NCBI RefSeq assembly: GCF_020745735.1
Contig: NC_083402.1
Coordinates: 8,384,004 to 8,448,003 of the forward strand
Reading direction: 5' to 3'
Origin: Hemiscyllium ocellatum
Taxonomy: Eukaryota
Length of the DNA stretch: 64,000 nucleotides
Shown: positions 1 to 12,232 of the stretch, one piece after another
Layout: the number at the start of each line of letters is the position of its first letter
How positions within the stretch are numbered: position 1 is the first letter of the stretch
Notes under the pieces: model-generated
What the model saw: the letters and a program-made list of their open reading frames with translations, nothing else
Databases searched by the model: none
What the model was told of the DNA's origin: nothing
Program-made: the position numbers and the translations under genes

Positions 1-95
1 GGTTAGATGGGCTTCAGATTGGCATGACTGGTCGGCGCAACATCGAGGGCCGAAGGACCTGTACTGTGCTGTAATGTTCTATGTTCTATGTTCTA
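1..95 (+). mobile_element. CR1 LINE 3' end with (ATGTTCT)n tail
   Basis: gagggccgaaggacctgtactgtgctg...atgttctatgttctatgttcta matches the CR1 3' ends at about 19730-19790 and 28730-28790. Confidence 0.85.
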
Positions 96-112
96 ACCCT
101 TAGCAGAAACCG
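93..112 (-). pseudogene. 5' stub of a Siglec-15-like V exon paralog, interrupted by the CR1 insertion
   Basis: Bases 96-156 align with 23007-23062, the V1 acceptor region. Minus strand reads cctcacag|CG GTT TCT GCT AAG GGT TAG (AVSAKG*) versus cctcacag|CT TTG TCT GCT AAT GGT TGG (ALSANGW). Confidence 0.8.
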
Positions 113-594
113 CTGTGAGGGGAAAGACTGGGAGAGAGAGGATATGAACACAGCACTGGGACAGATATCAGTGTGTGGGACTGAAACTTGGAGACTCCAT
201 TCTGAGTGTGTTATTTAATGAGAACAGGTTTCGCAGCTATAATGAGAGGGAGTGAACAATTAGTAATGTAAATTCATGAGCAATCCAATACACTGGGGAC
301 AGAGTTTCAGTTCCCACCATGGCAGCTGCTGGAAATTCAATTCAGTTATTACATCAGGAATTAAACACCACTCTAATGGGAACCACGAAATCATGATCAA
401 TTGTTGGAAAAAATCCATCTGGTTCACTGATGTTCCTCAGAGAAGGGAAATACCGTCCTTACCCAGTCTGACCTGCATGTGACTCCAGTCCCACAGCAAC
501 AGAGTCAAATCTGAAACTCCCACATCAATGACAAAGAGAGACACTGAGTTGGACGAAACCAGAACAAAATGTGAAAGGAAAGTTATAGGTATGT

Positions 595-1425
595 GCAACA
601 TAGAACCAGACCCTTCAGTCCAACTTGTCCATGCCCATCAGATATCCTGAATATCTTTTCTGAACCATTTTGAGTTTTCCAGCAACTTTCCTACAGCAGG
701 GAGGTCATAAATGAATGCAGTATTCCAAAAGTGGTCTAACCAGCATCCTGTACAGCCATGACAAGACATCTTCATTCCTATACACAGAGACTTCAACAAT
801 AAAGGTGAGTTTACCAAGTGCTTCCTTTATTCATCAGTCGACCCTATGACTCTACTTTCAAAGAACAATGAACCTGCACTCCAAGGTCTCTTTGTTTGGC
901 AACACTCCCCAGTACCTTACCAGGAAGTGTATAAGTCCTGCCTTGATTTGCCTTAACAAAATGCAACACCTCAAATATATCTAAGTTAAACTCCATCTGC
1001 CACTCCTCAGCCCATTGGCCCATCTGATCAAAGTCCCATTCTACACTGAGATAACCTTCTTTGATGTCAACTACACCTTCAATTTTGGTGTTATCTGGAA
1101 ACTGACTGATCATTTCTATGATATTCACATCCAAGCCATTTATATAAATGACAAGAAACAGTGGATCCAGCACCGATCTTTGCAGCACACCGCTGGGTAC
1201 AGGCCTCCAGTCTAAAAAGCAATCCTGCACCACCACACTCTGTGTGCTATCTTCAAGCCAGTTATGTATCAAAATGGCTAGTTCCCCCTGTATTCCATGT
1301 GATCTAACCTTGTTAACCAGTCCCTCATGCAGAACCTTGTCAAATACCATGCTGAAGTCCATTAAGGCTATGTCCACCACTCTCCAGTCATCAATCATCT
1401 TCATCACTCCTTCCTAAAACTCAAT
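595..1425 (-). mobile_element. CR1 LINE RT fragment
   Basis: ORF 844-1407 shows degenerate CR1 RT motifs (MDFSMVFDKVLH, GVLQRSVLDPLFLVIYIN, QWAEEWQMEFN). Confidence 0.9.
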
Positions 1426-1676
1426 GAGTCATGTCATGTCTGAACATGTCCTACTGATCCACACATTGTCAGAAGCTATACAAATGTACAAGAATCCCAA
1501 TAGGATGACCCGAACACCCAAAGTGCCTGACAGACTGTGACTCAGGACAGAAGTGAGCCACACCAGCATTTTTCAGTAACAGTTAAAATAATTCCATTAA
1601 TTAATAATTCCACTAATAAGAACAGTGAAAGAAAAGGATTTTTAATTAATGTTCCTGAACTGCGCTCCTTCAAAAC

Positions 1677-1704
<28 letters not shown>
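1677..1704. repeat. (CA)n microsatellite
   Basis: About 14 perfect CA units. Confidence 0.95.
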
Positions 1705-1707
<3 letters not shown>

Positions 1708-2119
1708 ACAATTAAGACAGAGAAAAGATAAATGATTTATTTTTTTACTATGAGTGAAAAAAGAATGTAGACAGGGTAACAGGCTAAACAGAACACTGAA
1801 AATAAAAGTCCTGACCACAAGATGGAAGGATCGCTCTCTCTCACAGTCCTTGTGTTTTTTAGCAGGAATGAGATGCTGTGTTCTGGACAGAGATGGTCAT
1901 ATGTCAAATCCAACGGCCAATCAGGTGAACTTAGGACTTTTCTTTTCAGATTACTTGTGTTTTTTCTGCTTTACTCTATAGTAATGGGGGAGAGTTAGAG
2001 CTTGCTGCTTTCTCTCTGTAGGCTCTAGATACTTTACACTTTCAGGAACGTATAACTTTATAACAGCACAGTTCAACCAATCAGACAGCAGTTGCTAAGC
2101 AGAATTTTCTTAACTCGAA

Positions 2120-2935
2120 ATATTATCATGAAGTCCAATGGCAAAAGGTCAAACATGAGCAAGGGAATCTCCAGATGACTACCCACTGCCACAATCCCCC
2201 CACTCCCAGGCTTCTGATCATGTTTATCACCACTTGGAGGAAGCACTGAGGTCAACACTGGCACAGAATGTACTCTGGGTGGGAGACGTCACTGTCCAAC
2301 ACCAAGACAGACTCAGCAGCTTTACTACTGCCTGAGCTGGTGGAATCTGAAATGACATAGCTCTTGGACTGGGTCTGTGGTGGGTGGTGAGGGAACCAAC
2401 AAGAGAGAAAAGCTTGACCTTGTCCTCAGCCGACTATCTGCCTATTACAGGATTGGGAGGAGTAACTACCACACAGTCCCGTGGAGACAAACTCCCATCA
2501 TCACATTGAGGTACATCCCCATCATGTATGGCACTAGCCCTGTGTTAAATGGGACAGTCTTTGAACAGATCGAGCAAATCAATTCTGGGATCCCTGAGAC
2601 ACTGTGGACCATCAGTACAGCAGAATTGGGCTGTAACACAATCTCTAAACTCGGCCTGTAATTTTCCCCCACTCAGCCATTAACATCAAGTCAGGACATC
2701 AATCCTGGTTCAATGAACAATGCAGGAGGGGATGCCAGGAACAGCACCATCAAACCTGAAAATGAGATGTCAGCTATAAAACAGGGTTACTTCCATGTCA
2801 AACAGCATGAGCAGCAATGGATGCTCAGGGGTAAGTGATTCCATTGTCAGTGCATCAGATATAAGCTCAGCAGACCTGTCACATGCAGTTGTGAATGGTT
2901 GAGGACAATTAAGCAACTAACAGGAGTGTGAGTCT
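2120..2935 (+). mobile_element. Degenerate LINE ORF2 fragment (endonuclease end and downstream)
   Basis: TNKREKLDLVLS...IGRSNYHTV resembles the C-terminal motifs of APE endonucleases (LDLVL, SDH). Confidence 0.55.
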
Positions 2936-2940
2936 CCACA

Positions 2941-4797
2941 AATAGACAATAGACAATAGACAACAGGTGCAGGAGTAGGCCATTCTGCCCTTCGAGCCTG
3001 CACCACCATTCAATTTGATCATGGCTGATCATCCTTAATCAGTATCCTGTTCCTGCCTTATCTCCATAACCCTTGATTCCACTATCCTTGAGAGCTCTAT
3101 CCAACTCTTTCTTAAACGAATCCGGAGACTGAGCCTCCACTGCCCTCTGGGTCAGAGCATTCTACACACCAACCACTCTCTGGGTGAAGAAGTTTCTCCA
3201 CATCTCTGCCCTAAATGGTCTATCCCATATTTTTAAGTTGTGTCCTCTGGTTCGGCACTCACCCATAGCGGAAACATCTTTCCTGCCTCCAGAGAGTCCA
3301 ATCCTTTAATTATCTTATATGTCTCAATCAGATCCCCTCTCAGTCTTCTAAACTCAAGGGTATACAAGCCCAGTTGCTCCAGTCTATTAGCGTAAAGTAG
3401 CCCGCCATTCCAGGAATTGACCTCGTGAACCTACGCTACACTCCTTCAATAGCCAGACTGTCTTTCCTCAAATGTGGAGACCAGAACGGCACACAATATT
3501 CTAGGTGCAGTCTCACCAGGGCCTTGTACAGTTGCAGAACAATCTCTTTGCTTCTATACTCAATCACTTTTGTTATGAAGGACAGCATGCTATTAGCCTT
3601 CTTCACTACCTGCTGTACCTGCATGCTTGCCTTCATTGACTGGTGTACAAGAACACCCAGATCTCTTTGTACTTCCCCTTTACCTAACTTGACTCCATTT
3701 AGGTAGTAATCTGCCTTCCTGTTCTTGCCACCAAAGTGGATAACCATACATTTATCCACATTAAACTGCATCTGCCATGCATCTGTCCATTCACCTAACC
3801 TGTCCAGGTCACCCTGTAATCTCCTAACATCCTCCTCACATTTCACCCTGCCACCCAGCTTTGTATCATTATCAAATTTGCTAATGTTAATATGAATACA
3901 ATCTTCTATATCATTAATATATATTGTAAAAAGCTGCTGTCCCAGCACTGATCCCTGCGGTACCCGACTGGTCACTGCCTGCCATTCCAAAATGGAGCCA
4001 TTTATCACTACTCTTTGTTTCCTGTCAGCCAACCAACTTTCAATCCAAGTCAGTACTTTGCCCCCAATACCATGCACCCTAACCTCCAATGTGGGTCTTT
4101 ATCAAAGGCTTTCTGAAAGTCCAGGTACACTATATCTACTGGATCTCCCTCATCTATCCTCAAAAAATTCCAGATTAGTCAAACATGATTTCCCCTTCAT
4201 AAATCCATGCTGACTCTGACCTATCCTGTCACTACTATCCAGATGTGTCATAATTTCGTCCTTTATACTAGACTCCACCATCTTTCCCACGACTGCGGCC
4301 AGACTAACTGGTCTATAATTGCCTGCTTTCTCTCTCCCACCTTTCTTAAAAAGTGGTATAACATGAACCACCCTCCAATCCGCAGAAACTGATCCTGAAT
4401 CTATCGAACTCCGGAAAATAATCACCAATGCATCCACGATTTCTCACGCCACCTCCTTCAGTACCCTGCGATGTAGACCATCAGGCCCCAGGCACTTAGC
4501 AACCTTCAGACCTAACAATCTCTCCAACACCAATTCCTGGCAAATATAAATTCCCTTCAGTTCAGGTCCTTCAGCCACTATTACCTCAGGGAGATTGCTT
4601 GAGTCTTCCCCAGTGAACACAGATCTGAAGTACCAATTCAATTCTTCTGCCATTTCTTTGTTCCCCATAATATATTTCCCTGCTTCTGACTTCAAGGGCC
4701 CAATTTTAGTCCTAACCAAATTTTTGCCTTTCACATACCTAAAAAAGCTTTTACTACCCTCCTTTATATTTTTGGCCAGTTTACCTTCGTACCTCAT
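2941..4797 (-). mobile_element. 5'-truncated CR1 LINE (ORF2 RT region plus 3' tail)
   Basis: (acaatag)n tail at 2941. ORFs 3436-4089, 4150-4437 and 4444-4815 carry VPQGSVLG, SQHGFMKGKSCLTNL and ANSMLSFI motifs. Confidence 0.93.
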
Positions 4798-6740
4798 CCC
4801 CATCCCCATCCTCAATGAGGGGGAGCCCTGCTCATCAGTGCAAATGATCGGGCTGAAGCATTCCCAAATAACTTGACTCAGAAAATGTTCACAACATCAT
4901 AGGTGATTCCTTACCCAGCAGGCAAATATAATTCAGTGGGTCAGCATTCACGTGTAGTTAGGGCTAGGGTCAGAAATCATGGGATCTAGTGCTGTTCCTC
5001 ACACAGCCCCTGACCCAACCTCCAGGACCTACACTCGCTTCCACTGACCTGACACAGTGAACACCCTTCTTCAATCCTGATGTACTGTCCACCCCTGTCC
5101 TGGAGAGACCTGACCAAGTAAGGATGGCAGAGACAAAAACAGAAATTGTGGGAAAAACTCAGCAGGTATGGTGACATCTGTGGAGAGAAAGCAGAGTTAA
5201 TGTTTTGGGTCCAGTGAGACTTCTTCAAAAATGAAATGATCAAAAACAGTGGACTGAGAGGAGTGTGAGTCTTGCAGCTGCTCCTGAGATTCAGATTTAT
5301 TTCCAAATTTACTTTCAGATTTCTTACATTTATTAAATGTCAGTAATATTAACTTTTTATTTGATTCATTTTTAGCTCTTTTCTCATCAAAAATGCGAAA
5401 GAAACAAAACAAACTGACACAATTTTTTATGAAATGGAGTTTTATCAATGGAAGTTTTGGACAGGCCCACATGTGGACTGTTCAGTCTTTTTCCACTATG
5501 AAATTATGAGAGAGACGTTTTTAAACTCACTGAAGCAATTTTTTTAAAAATTGCTGAGGAATGTTTTGTTTCAAACCAAGTTGTGTTTACACACCTCTTG
5601 GACAGACTGACACGTGGGATTTTATTTTTAATCAGAACATGATAGCTGTCTGCTGGACCACTTGTGCTTAATATTAACTCTTTGGATAAAGAAAGGTAGT
5701 TTATTTTAGAGATAATATGCTATTGTAAGTTGCTTCTTTTTTGACTTAATGACATTGAGGGCATGCAAGAGACGCAGAGTGAGATGGCCAGTAGATTTCG
5801 AGAGGTGATAACACAGCAGGATCAGTCAGATAGAAGGATGACTGTCAGGAAAGGTAAGAAGGTAGTTCAGAAATCTCTCATACTGTTGAAAGTATAATCT
5901 CTCAGAGGAAATTAGACAGGACAGTCAGATCTTGGGCTCTAAAAATGAATCTTATATTTGGAGGGGTTTGACAAAATTTAAAAGAATAATTTTTGTCGTT
6001 GATTCTCCTGTCAAGGGCACAGACAGGAGGTTCTGCAGCAGTGAGCATGGATCTAGGATATTATACTGTTTTCTTGGTGCTAGGATTAAGGACATTGCAA
6101 AATGTTTGACACATATGTTAAAGGGAAAAGTGAGATACCGGAAGTTTTTGTACACATTAATGGGAATGACATTGTTAGGGAAAGAATAAAGGCTTTACAC
6201 AGTGAATATCAGAGGTTAGGTCGAAGATTAAAAAAAACCCGACCCTCAAAAGTAGTAATCTCTAATTTATTACCAGAGCCAAGCTCAGATGAGGGAACAA
6301 AAGGATAAAGGAGACAAATCAATGGCTGAAGAGGTGGTGTAATGTTCAGGGATTCAGATTCTTGGATCACTGCGATCTCTTCTGAGGCAGAAAAGACCAT
6401 TCACAAAATCCATCCTTTGTTTCAACGGTAGTGCTTTCGGGAACAATGTGTGAATAAAGAGATGGAGGTTCCAGTCAGGGATAAAAAAGAATCATACACT
6501 AAATACAAACAACTGGATCCAATCGGATCTGTTGCACTGTATAATGACTGTCAGGACATTCATAAGAGAGAGATCTGGAAATCAAAGAAAAGATATGGGA
6601 TAGCCTCGGCAAATAAGGTTAAGGATAATCCAAAGGGATTCTATAAGTACATTAAGACCAAGACAGCAACAAGAGATAGAGTGTAAGCCTCCTTAAAAAA
6701 CAGAGGTTGCCTTTGTGTTTTAGATTCCCTACAATGTGGG

Positions 6741-7035
6741 GAGCATGGTGGCACAGTGGTTAGCACTGCTGCCTCACAGCACCACAGACCTGAGTTCAAT
6801 TCTACACCTCATTTTGGAGTTTGCACATTCTCCCCGTGTCTGCGTGGGTCTCCTCTGGGTGCTCCAGTTTCCTCCCACAGTCCACAAAATGTGCACTTTT
6901 GGTGAATTGGCTAAGCTAAAATTGACAGTAGTGTTACGTGAATGGGCCTGGGTGAGTTGCGCTTCGGCGGGTCGGTGTGGACTTGTTGGGCTGAAGGGCC
7001 TGTTTCCACACTGTAACTAATCTAATCTAATCTAA
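6741..7035 (+). mobile_element. tRNA-derived HE1/V-SINE
   Basis: A-box tggcacagtgg, B-box-like gagttcaattc, V-domain ggagtttgcacattctccccgtg, (tctaa)n tail. Confidence 0.9.
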
Positions 7036-7292
7036 TGTGGAAACAGGCCCTTCGGCCCAACAAACCCACACTGACCTTCGAAAGAGTAACCCACCCAGAC
7101 CCATTTCCACTGACTAATACACCTAACACTATGGGCAACGTAGCATGGCCAATTCACCTAACCTGTACATCTTTGGACTGTGGGAGGAAACCCTCACCAC
7201 ACAGGGAGAACATGCAAACTCCAGCTGCCTGAGGCTGGAATTGAACTCAGGTCCCCGGTGCCAGTGCTAACCACTGAGCCATCATGCCACCC
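7036..7292 (-). mobile_element. HE1/V-SINE (host of the SINE above)
   Basis: Reverse-complement SINE body. Its tail start (tagattccctaca) lies at 6721-6733, on the far side of the inserted copy. Confidence 0.85.
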
Positions 7293-8724
7293 CTCAGGAG
7301 ATGGGAGAGATATCAAATGAATATTTTGTGTCAGTTTTTACTGTGGAGAAAGAAGTGGAGACGAGAGAATTCTGAGAAATAAATACTAACATTTTGAAAA
7401 CAGCGTGCATTACAGAAGAGAAATTGTTAGAGGTCTTCGAAAATATAAATATAAATCTCTGAGACGTGATCTACTCAATCCCAGGACTTTGTCAGAAGTG
7501 AAGAGGAAATTGCTGGGCCCCCTGCAGGAACATTTGTATCGTCCATGAATAACAGTCAGGTGCTGAATGAGTGGAGAGTGGCTAATGTTCAAGAAGGGAA
7601 GTCAGGAGAAGCCTGGGAACTTCAGACCTCTGAGTCTGACTTCAGTGGTGAGTAAGTTGTTCAGAAATCTTGGATTTATATGCATTTGGAGAGGCAAGGA
7701 ATGATTCGGGATAGTCAGCATGGTTTTGTGCAAGGGATATCGTGTCTCACAAACTTGATTGAGTTTTTGAAGAAGTAAACAAGAAAATTGATGAGGGCGG
7801 AGAGATTAACATTGTTTACTTAGACTTTGGTAAATCCTTTGACAAGGTTCCGCATGGTAGACTAATTAGTGAAGTTAGATCCCATGGGATTCCGGGTGAG
7901 CTTGGCAAGTGGATGCACAATTGGCTGAAAGGCAGAAGACAGAGAGTGACGGTGGAGGGAGGGTTTTGTTCTGGAGGCCTGTGACCAGCAGAGTTCCACG
8001 GGGATCAGGGCTGGGCCAACTTTTGTCAGTCATTTACATGAACAATTTCGATGAGACTACAAAAAGCATGTTTTGCAAGTTTGTGGTTGATACCAAAATT
8101 GATAGAATATTGAACAGTGAAGAAGGTTATCTTAGAATACAAAAAGATCTTAATCAAATGGCTCAATGGGCTGAAGAGTGACAGATGGAGTTGAAGATAA
8201 GTGTGGGGTATTGCATTTTGGAAAAACAAACAAAGGGAAGACTTACACAATTAAAAGTAGGGCCTTGGGTCGTGCTGGAGAACAGAGACCTAGGGATTCA
8301 GGTACAGAATTCTTCCAAGTTTGCATCATCTATATATACGGTGGTTCAGCACGCTTGCCTTCATTGCTCAGACCTTTGATATTCGGAGTTGGGATATTAT
8401 GTTCAGGTTAGACAGGATGCTGGTGAGTCCTCTATTGTGTCCAGTTCTGGTCACCCTGTTATTGCAAGGATATCATTTAGCTGGAGAAGAGATTTACCAG
8501 GATGTTGCAAATAAAGCAGGCCTTGAGTTATTGGAAGAGTCCGGAGCAACTAGGACATTTCTCACTGGTGAGTACAAGGTTGAGAGGTGACCTTATCAAG
8601 ATCGATAAAAGCATGAGGAATATAGATAAGGTGAATAGCAGGTGTCTTTTTGCTCAGGTGGGAGATTTCAAGACTGGGGCATATCTTTAAGGTGAGAGGA
8701 GAAAGATTTTAAAAAGACATAAGG

Positions 8725-9118
8725 AAGGAGGCTGAGGGGTGACCTGATAGAGGTTTACAAAATTACGGGAGGGGCATGGATAGGATAAATAGGCAAAATC
8801 TTTTCCCTGGGGTTGGGAAGTCCAGAACTAGAGCGCGTAGGTTTAGGGTGAGAGGGGAAAGATAGCAAACAGACCTAAGGGGCAACTTTTTCACGCAGAA
8901 GGTGGTACGTGTATGGAATGAGCTGCCAGAGGAAGTGGTGGAGGCTGGTACAATTGCAACATTTAAGTGGCATTTTTTGGGTATATGAATAGGAAGGATT
9001 TGAAGGGATATGGGCTGGGTGCTGGCAGGTGGAACGAGATTGGGTTGGGATATCTGGTAGGCATGGACGGGTTGGACCAGCGGGTCTGTTTCCAAACTGT
9101 ACATCTCTATGACTCTAT
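8725..9118 (+). mobile_element. Short CR1 3' fragment nested in the older CR1
   Basis: RRLRGDLIEVYKI...FTQKVVRVWNELP motif and (ctatga)n tail. Confidence 0.85.
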
Positions 9119-9290
9119 GCCTCTAAGGGGCAGTTTTTATTTTGCACAGAGAGTGGTTCATGTGGAATGAACTTCCAGAGGAAATGGTGGATGAAAAAGA
9201 AATGTTTGGAGGGATATGTACAAAGCGCAGGTAGGTGGGTCTACTTTAGTTTGGGATTATGGTCAGTGTGGACTAGTTGAACTGAAGGGT

Positions 9291-10025
9291 AAAAAATGAA
9301 GTCTGCAGATGCTGGAGATCACAGCTGAAAATGTGTTGCTGGTTAAAGCACAGCAGGTCAGGCAGCATCTCAGGAACAGGAAATACGACGTTTCGAGCAT
9401 AAGCCCTTCTTCAGGAATGGGAGAGAGTTTGCCAAGCAGGCTAAGATAAAAGGTAGGGAGGAGAGACTTGTGGGAGGGGCGATGGAGGTGGGATAAGTGG
9501 AAGGAGGTCAAGGTGAGGGTGATAGGCCGGAGTGGGTTGGGGGCGGAGAGGTCAGGAAGGAGGTTGCAGGTTGGGAGGGCGGTGCTGAGTTGAGGGAACT
9601 GACTGAGACAAGGTGGGGGGAGGGGAAATGAGGAAACTGGAGAAATCTGAATTCATTCCTTGTGGTTGGAGGGTTCCCAGGCGGAAGATGAGGCGCTCCT
9701 CCTCCAGTTGTCGTGTTGTTAAGTTCTGCCGGTGGAGGAGTCCAAGGACCTGCATGTCCTCAGTGGAGTGGGAGGGAGAGTTAAAGTGTTGAGCCACGGG
9801 GTGGTTGGGTTGGTTGGTCCGGGCGGCCCGGAGGTGTTCTCTGATGCGTTCTGCAAGTAAGCGGCCTGTCTCCCCAATGTAGAGGAGGCCACATCGTGTG
9901 CAGCGGATGCAATAGATGATCTGTGTGGAGGTACAGGTGAACTTGTGGCGAATATGGAAGGATCCCTTGGGGCCTTGGAGGGAAGTGAGTGTGGAGGTGT
10001 GGGCGCAAGTTTTACATTTCCTGCG
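9291..10025 (-). mobile_element. 5'-truncated Penelope-like element (GIY-YIG C-terminus plus pLTR)
   Basis: ICCIRC..CGLLYIGETGR / VAQHFNSPSH / EEERLIFRLG motifs. 15-bp TSD gttgaactgaagggt at 9276-9290 and 10026-10040. Confidence 0.93.
9382..9418 (-). ncRNA. Minimal type I hammerhead ribozyme motif in Penelope pLTR
   Basis: CUGAAGA-A-GGGC(UUAU)GCUC-GAAACGUC, matching the CUGANGA/GAAA core with GUC cleavage triplet. Confidence 0.7.
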
Positions 10026-10039
10026 GTTGAACTGAAGGG

Positions 10040-10505
10040 TCTGCTCCTGTGCTGTATGACTCTATAACTGATTATAGCTGGGGAAAGGTTGGTATAGATG
10101 CTGAAGATGGGGAGGGGGGAGGAGGCAGGAGTAAACACTCAGTGGGAAGGGACCCCAGACAGAGAGAAAAACAATTGGACAGACAAACGAAAGGAGAAAG
10201 GTCGGCCTGGGAGAATGAACAGCTGCTGATGGGGACCATGCGTCACTGACAATGGATTGTTTTGGTAGTAGCCCATGTGATGACAAGGCCTGGTGTGTGG
10301 GGATTGGGGGAAGGAGGTAGGAGAAGGTGCTGAGGCCCTAAAATTATTCACCCCAATATTGAGTCCAGAAGGTCACTGGGTCCCCAAAAGCTGGAGTGTT
10401 GATCTGGCAAGCAACTGGATGCTCAGCATCATTTTTGCGGACGAACATTTCGGTTCTGCAAAGTGGTCACCCAGTCTGTGTTTTGTTTACCCAATACAGA
10501 GTTAG
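10040..10505. mobile_element. Older Penelope-like fragments
   Basis: Purine-rich 3'UTR-like sequence and a LYWVNKTQTG / QLLARSTLQL GIY-YIG-like remnant on the minus strand. Confidence 0.5.
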
Positions 10506-11660
10506 AAGTGGACTGTGCAAAGTTGGTGGATTATTAGCAGCCCTGAGCCTGCGTGAGGTGGTGCTGATGGAGAGAGAGGGCTCAATATTATGCATATGGC
10601 AACACATGACACTGAGTGTGAATGGCAGATTTCATTCTCTAAATCAAGTCACCATATTCCTACCAGACCATGGGCTGCTTTCTCTTGAGAGAGAGAGAGA
10701 GACAGACAGATAGAGACAGAGAGAGACAGAGAGAGAGAGAGACAACTGGTGGTGGTTTAACCTGAGGGCCACCACACCCCAGTGAGGGGAGAGTTGAGAA
10801 GGAAGGTGCTTCATGGTCACCTGAGTCAATGTGGGGATTGAGCCCACACTGTTGGCATCACACTGCATTGCAAACCAACCGTCCAGCTAACTAACCAAAG
10901 CCCAGATTCCCTAAAGTGTATGATTGAATCAGATCGGCTTTTCCAAATCTCAATGGTCACATGTAACCATCAGGTTAGCATTTTTTTCAAATTCCAGATT
11001 TTAAAACAAATCACCTTCTACTGTGGTGGGATTTGAACCCATGGCCCGAGGATTGGGTGTCTGGATTAGTCACCAATGACAGTAACAGTAACAGTAACAG
11101 TAACAGTATACCACCAACTCCTGTTATAACCCATTGGTGAATGCAGGGCTAGGATAGGTCCCACGTGGCTGTGATTCCTCACACAGTCAGATGGACACTG
11201 TGGGAATGTACTTGCACTGATGGAACTATTCCTGATGAAGGTTGTAACCAAGAGGGACACATTAGTCTGTAGCACCTTCCTGTTCAAGGAGATGATCTTA
11301 ATGCCAGTATAACTTTGAGTCATTTGGAGATTGAACTAAATATTCTGAGTGTGTCAATGTCTTTCAATACTGACATCAGAATGGACCTAAAAATATCAGC
11401 ACATCATAGTACTTTAAATATTGAAAAAAATTAAATTTGAAACCAAAAGCTAAAATACTACAGATGCTGGACATTTTAAATAAACATCAAAATGCTGCAA
11501 ACACTCAGCAGGGCAGACAATACCGATGGAGAGAAACAGGGTTAATGTTTTAGTTCCATGTCTTTTCACCAGAAAATCAAATCACAAAACATTCACAGAA
11601 TCTGTTCCACTCTCACTGTGCACCTTCTACAGGCTGAAGAATGTGGGAACGGTTTCTTAC

Positions 11661-12008
11661 CATGTACCTGCAGCCGAGTCTCTTTCTGGATCAGATACTG
11701 AGAATCAGGTTCTGACCTGTATTCCACCAGACACAGGTAAGTGTGATTGTCCCTCACACTCAGCTGGTTTATCCTGGTTGAGACGTTTCCCTCCTCTGGG
11801 TTCCCGATGAGCTCGTACCGATTTCCACCGTGTACAGTTGTCCAATTTCCCTGTGATTGGGCTGTAAATGTAACAATGTGTTGGTAGGGCTCCTTTCTCA
11901 TCCAGGTAACAGTGGTCAGGGTGTGGGAGTCCCAGCGACTGAAGATACAGGGTAAAGTGACTGAATCTCCCTCTGTCCCACTCACCACTGAGACATTTTC
12001 CTGAGAAG
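11661..12008 (-). CDS. Ig V-set exon (V2), Siglec-like fold without the essential Arg
   Basis: 348 nt, phase 1-1, acceptor tgtcctttcctcag, donor G|gtaaga. Open frame with VTLPC...VTWMRK...RYELIGNP...DNHTYLCLVE...TRLQV. Confidence 0.9.
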
Positions 12009-12232
12009 CTGAGGAAAGGACAAACATCAGAATGGGTGAGGTCAGTGTGCAGAAGTTCTTATTTCAATATGTTCTCTTCCTTTCAACTTCACAATAAAAT
12101 TAACAATTAAAGACTCCACTCACATCTCTAACAGGTCTGTCCTAGACATTCCCCAACAAGAGTCACCCTGATCAAAATGTCTCCTCGCCACTCAATTTGA
12201 AAACCTTGATTACAAGATTAAAAATCAGACAT

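Larger units (their letters stand above)
5760..9275 (+). mobile_element. Old long CR1 LINE (ORF1 esterase remnant and ORF2) with nested SINEs and a CR1 tail
   Basis: GARIKDI / VHINGNDIV SGNH-esterase motifs (about 6070-6180), KDNPKGFYKYIK (about 6630) and RT motifs at 7700-8500. Confidence 0.8.

Noticed and set aside
1528-1580. Hydrophobic MLVWLTSVLSHSLSGTL leader candidate
   Set aside because: Weak donor (gtgttc) and no visible homolog upstream of V1.
2075-2101. MHC-like X box (CTTAGCAAC) and Y box (CTGATTGG) on the minus strand
   Set aside because: Only about 6 nt apart, far shorter than the conserved X-Y spacing, and no first exon follows.
4915-4947. Leader exon for the 93-112 paralog (ATG...TGG|gtaagg)
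   Set aside because: In-frame TGA and phase 0; it would need an indel to fit, so it is unsupported.
6741-6830. tRNA genes at SINE heads (also at other SINE copies)
   Set aside because: A/B boxes run into the V-SINE body and a LINE-derived tail; no complete cloverleaf.
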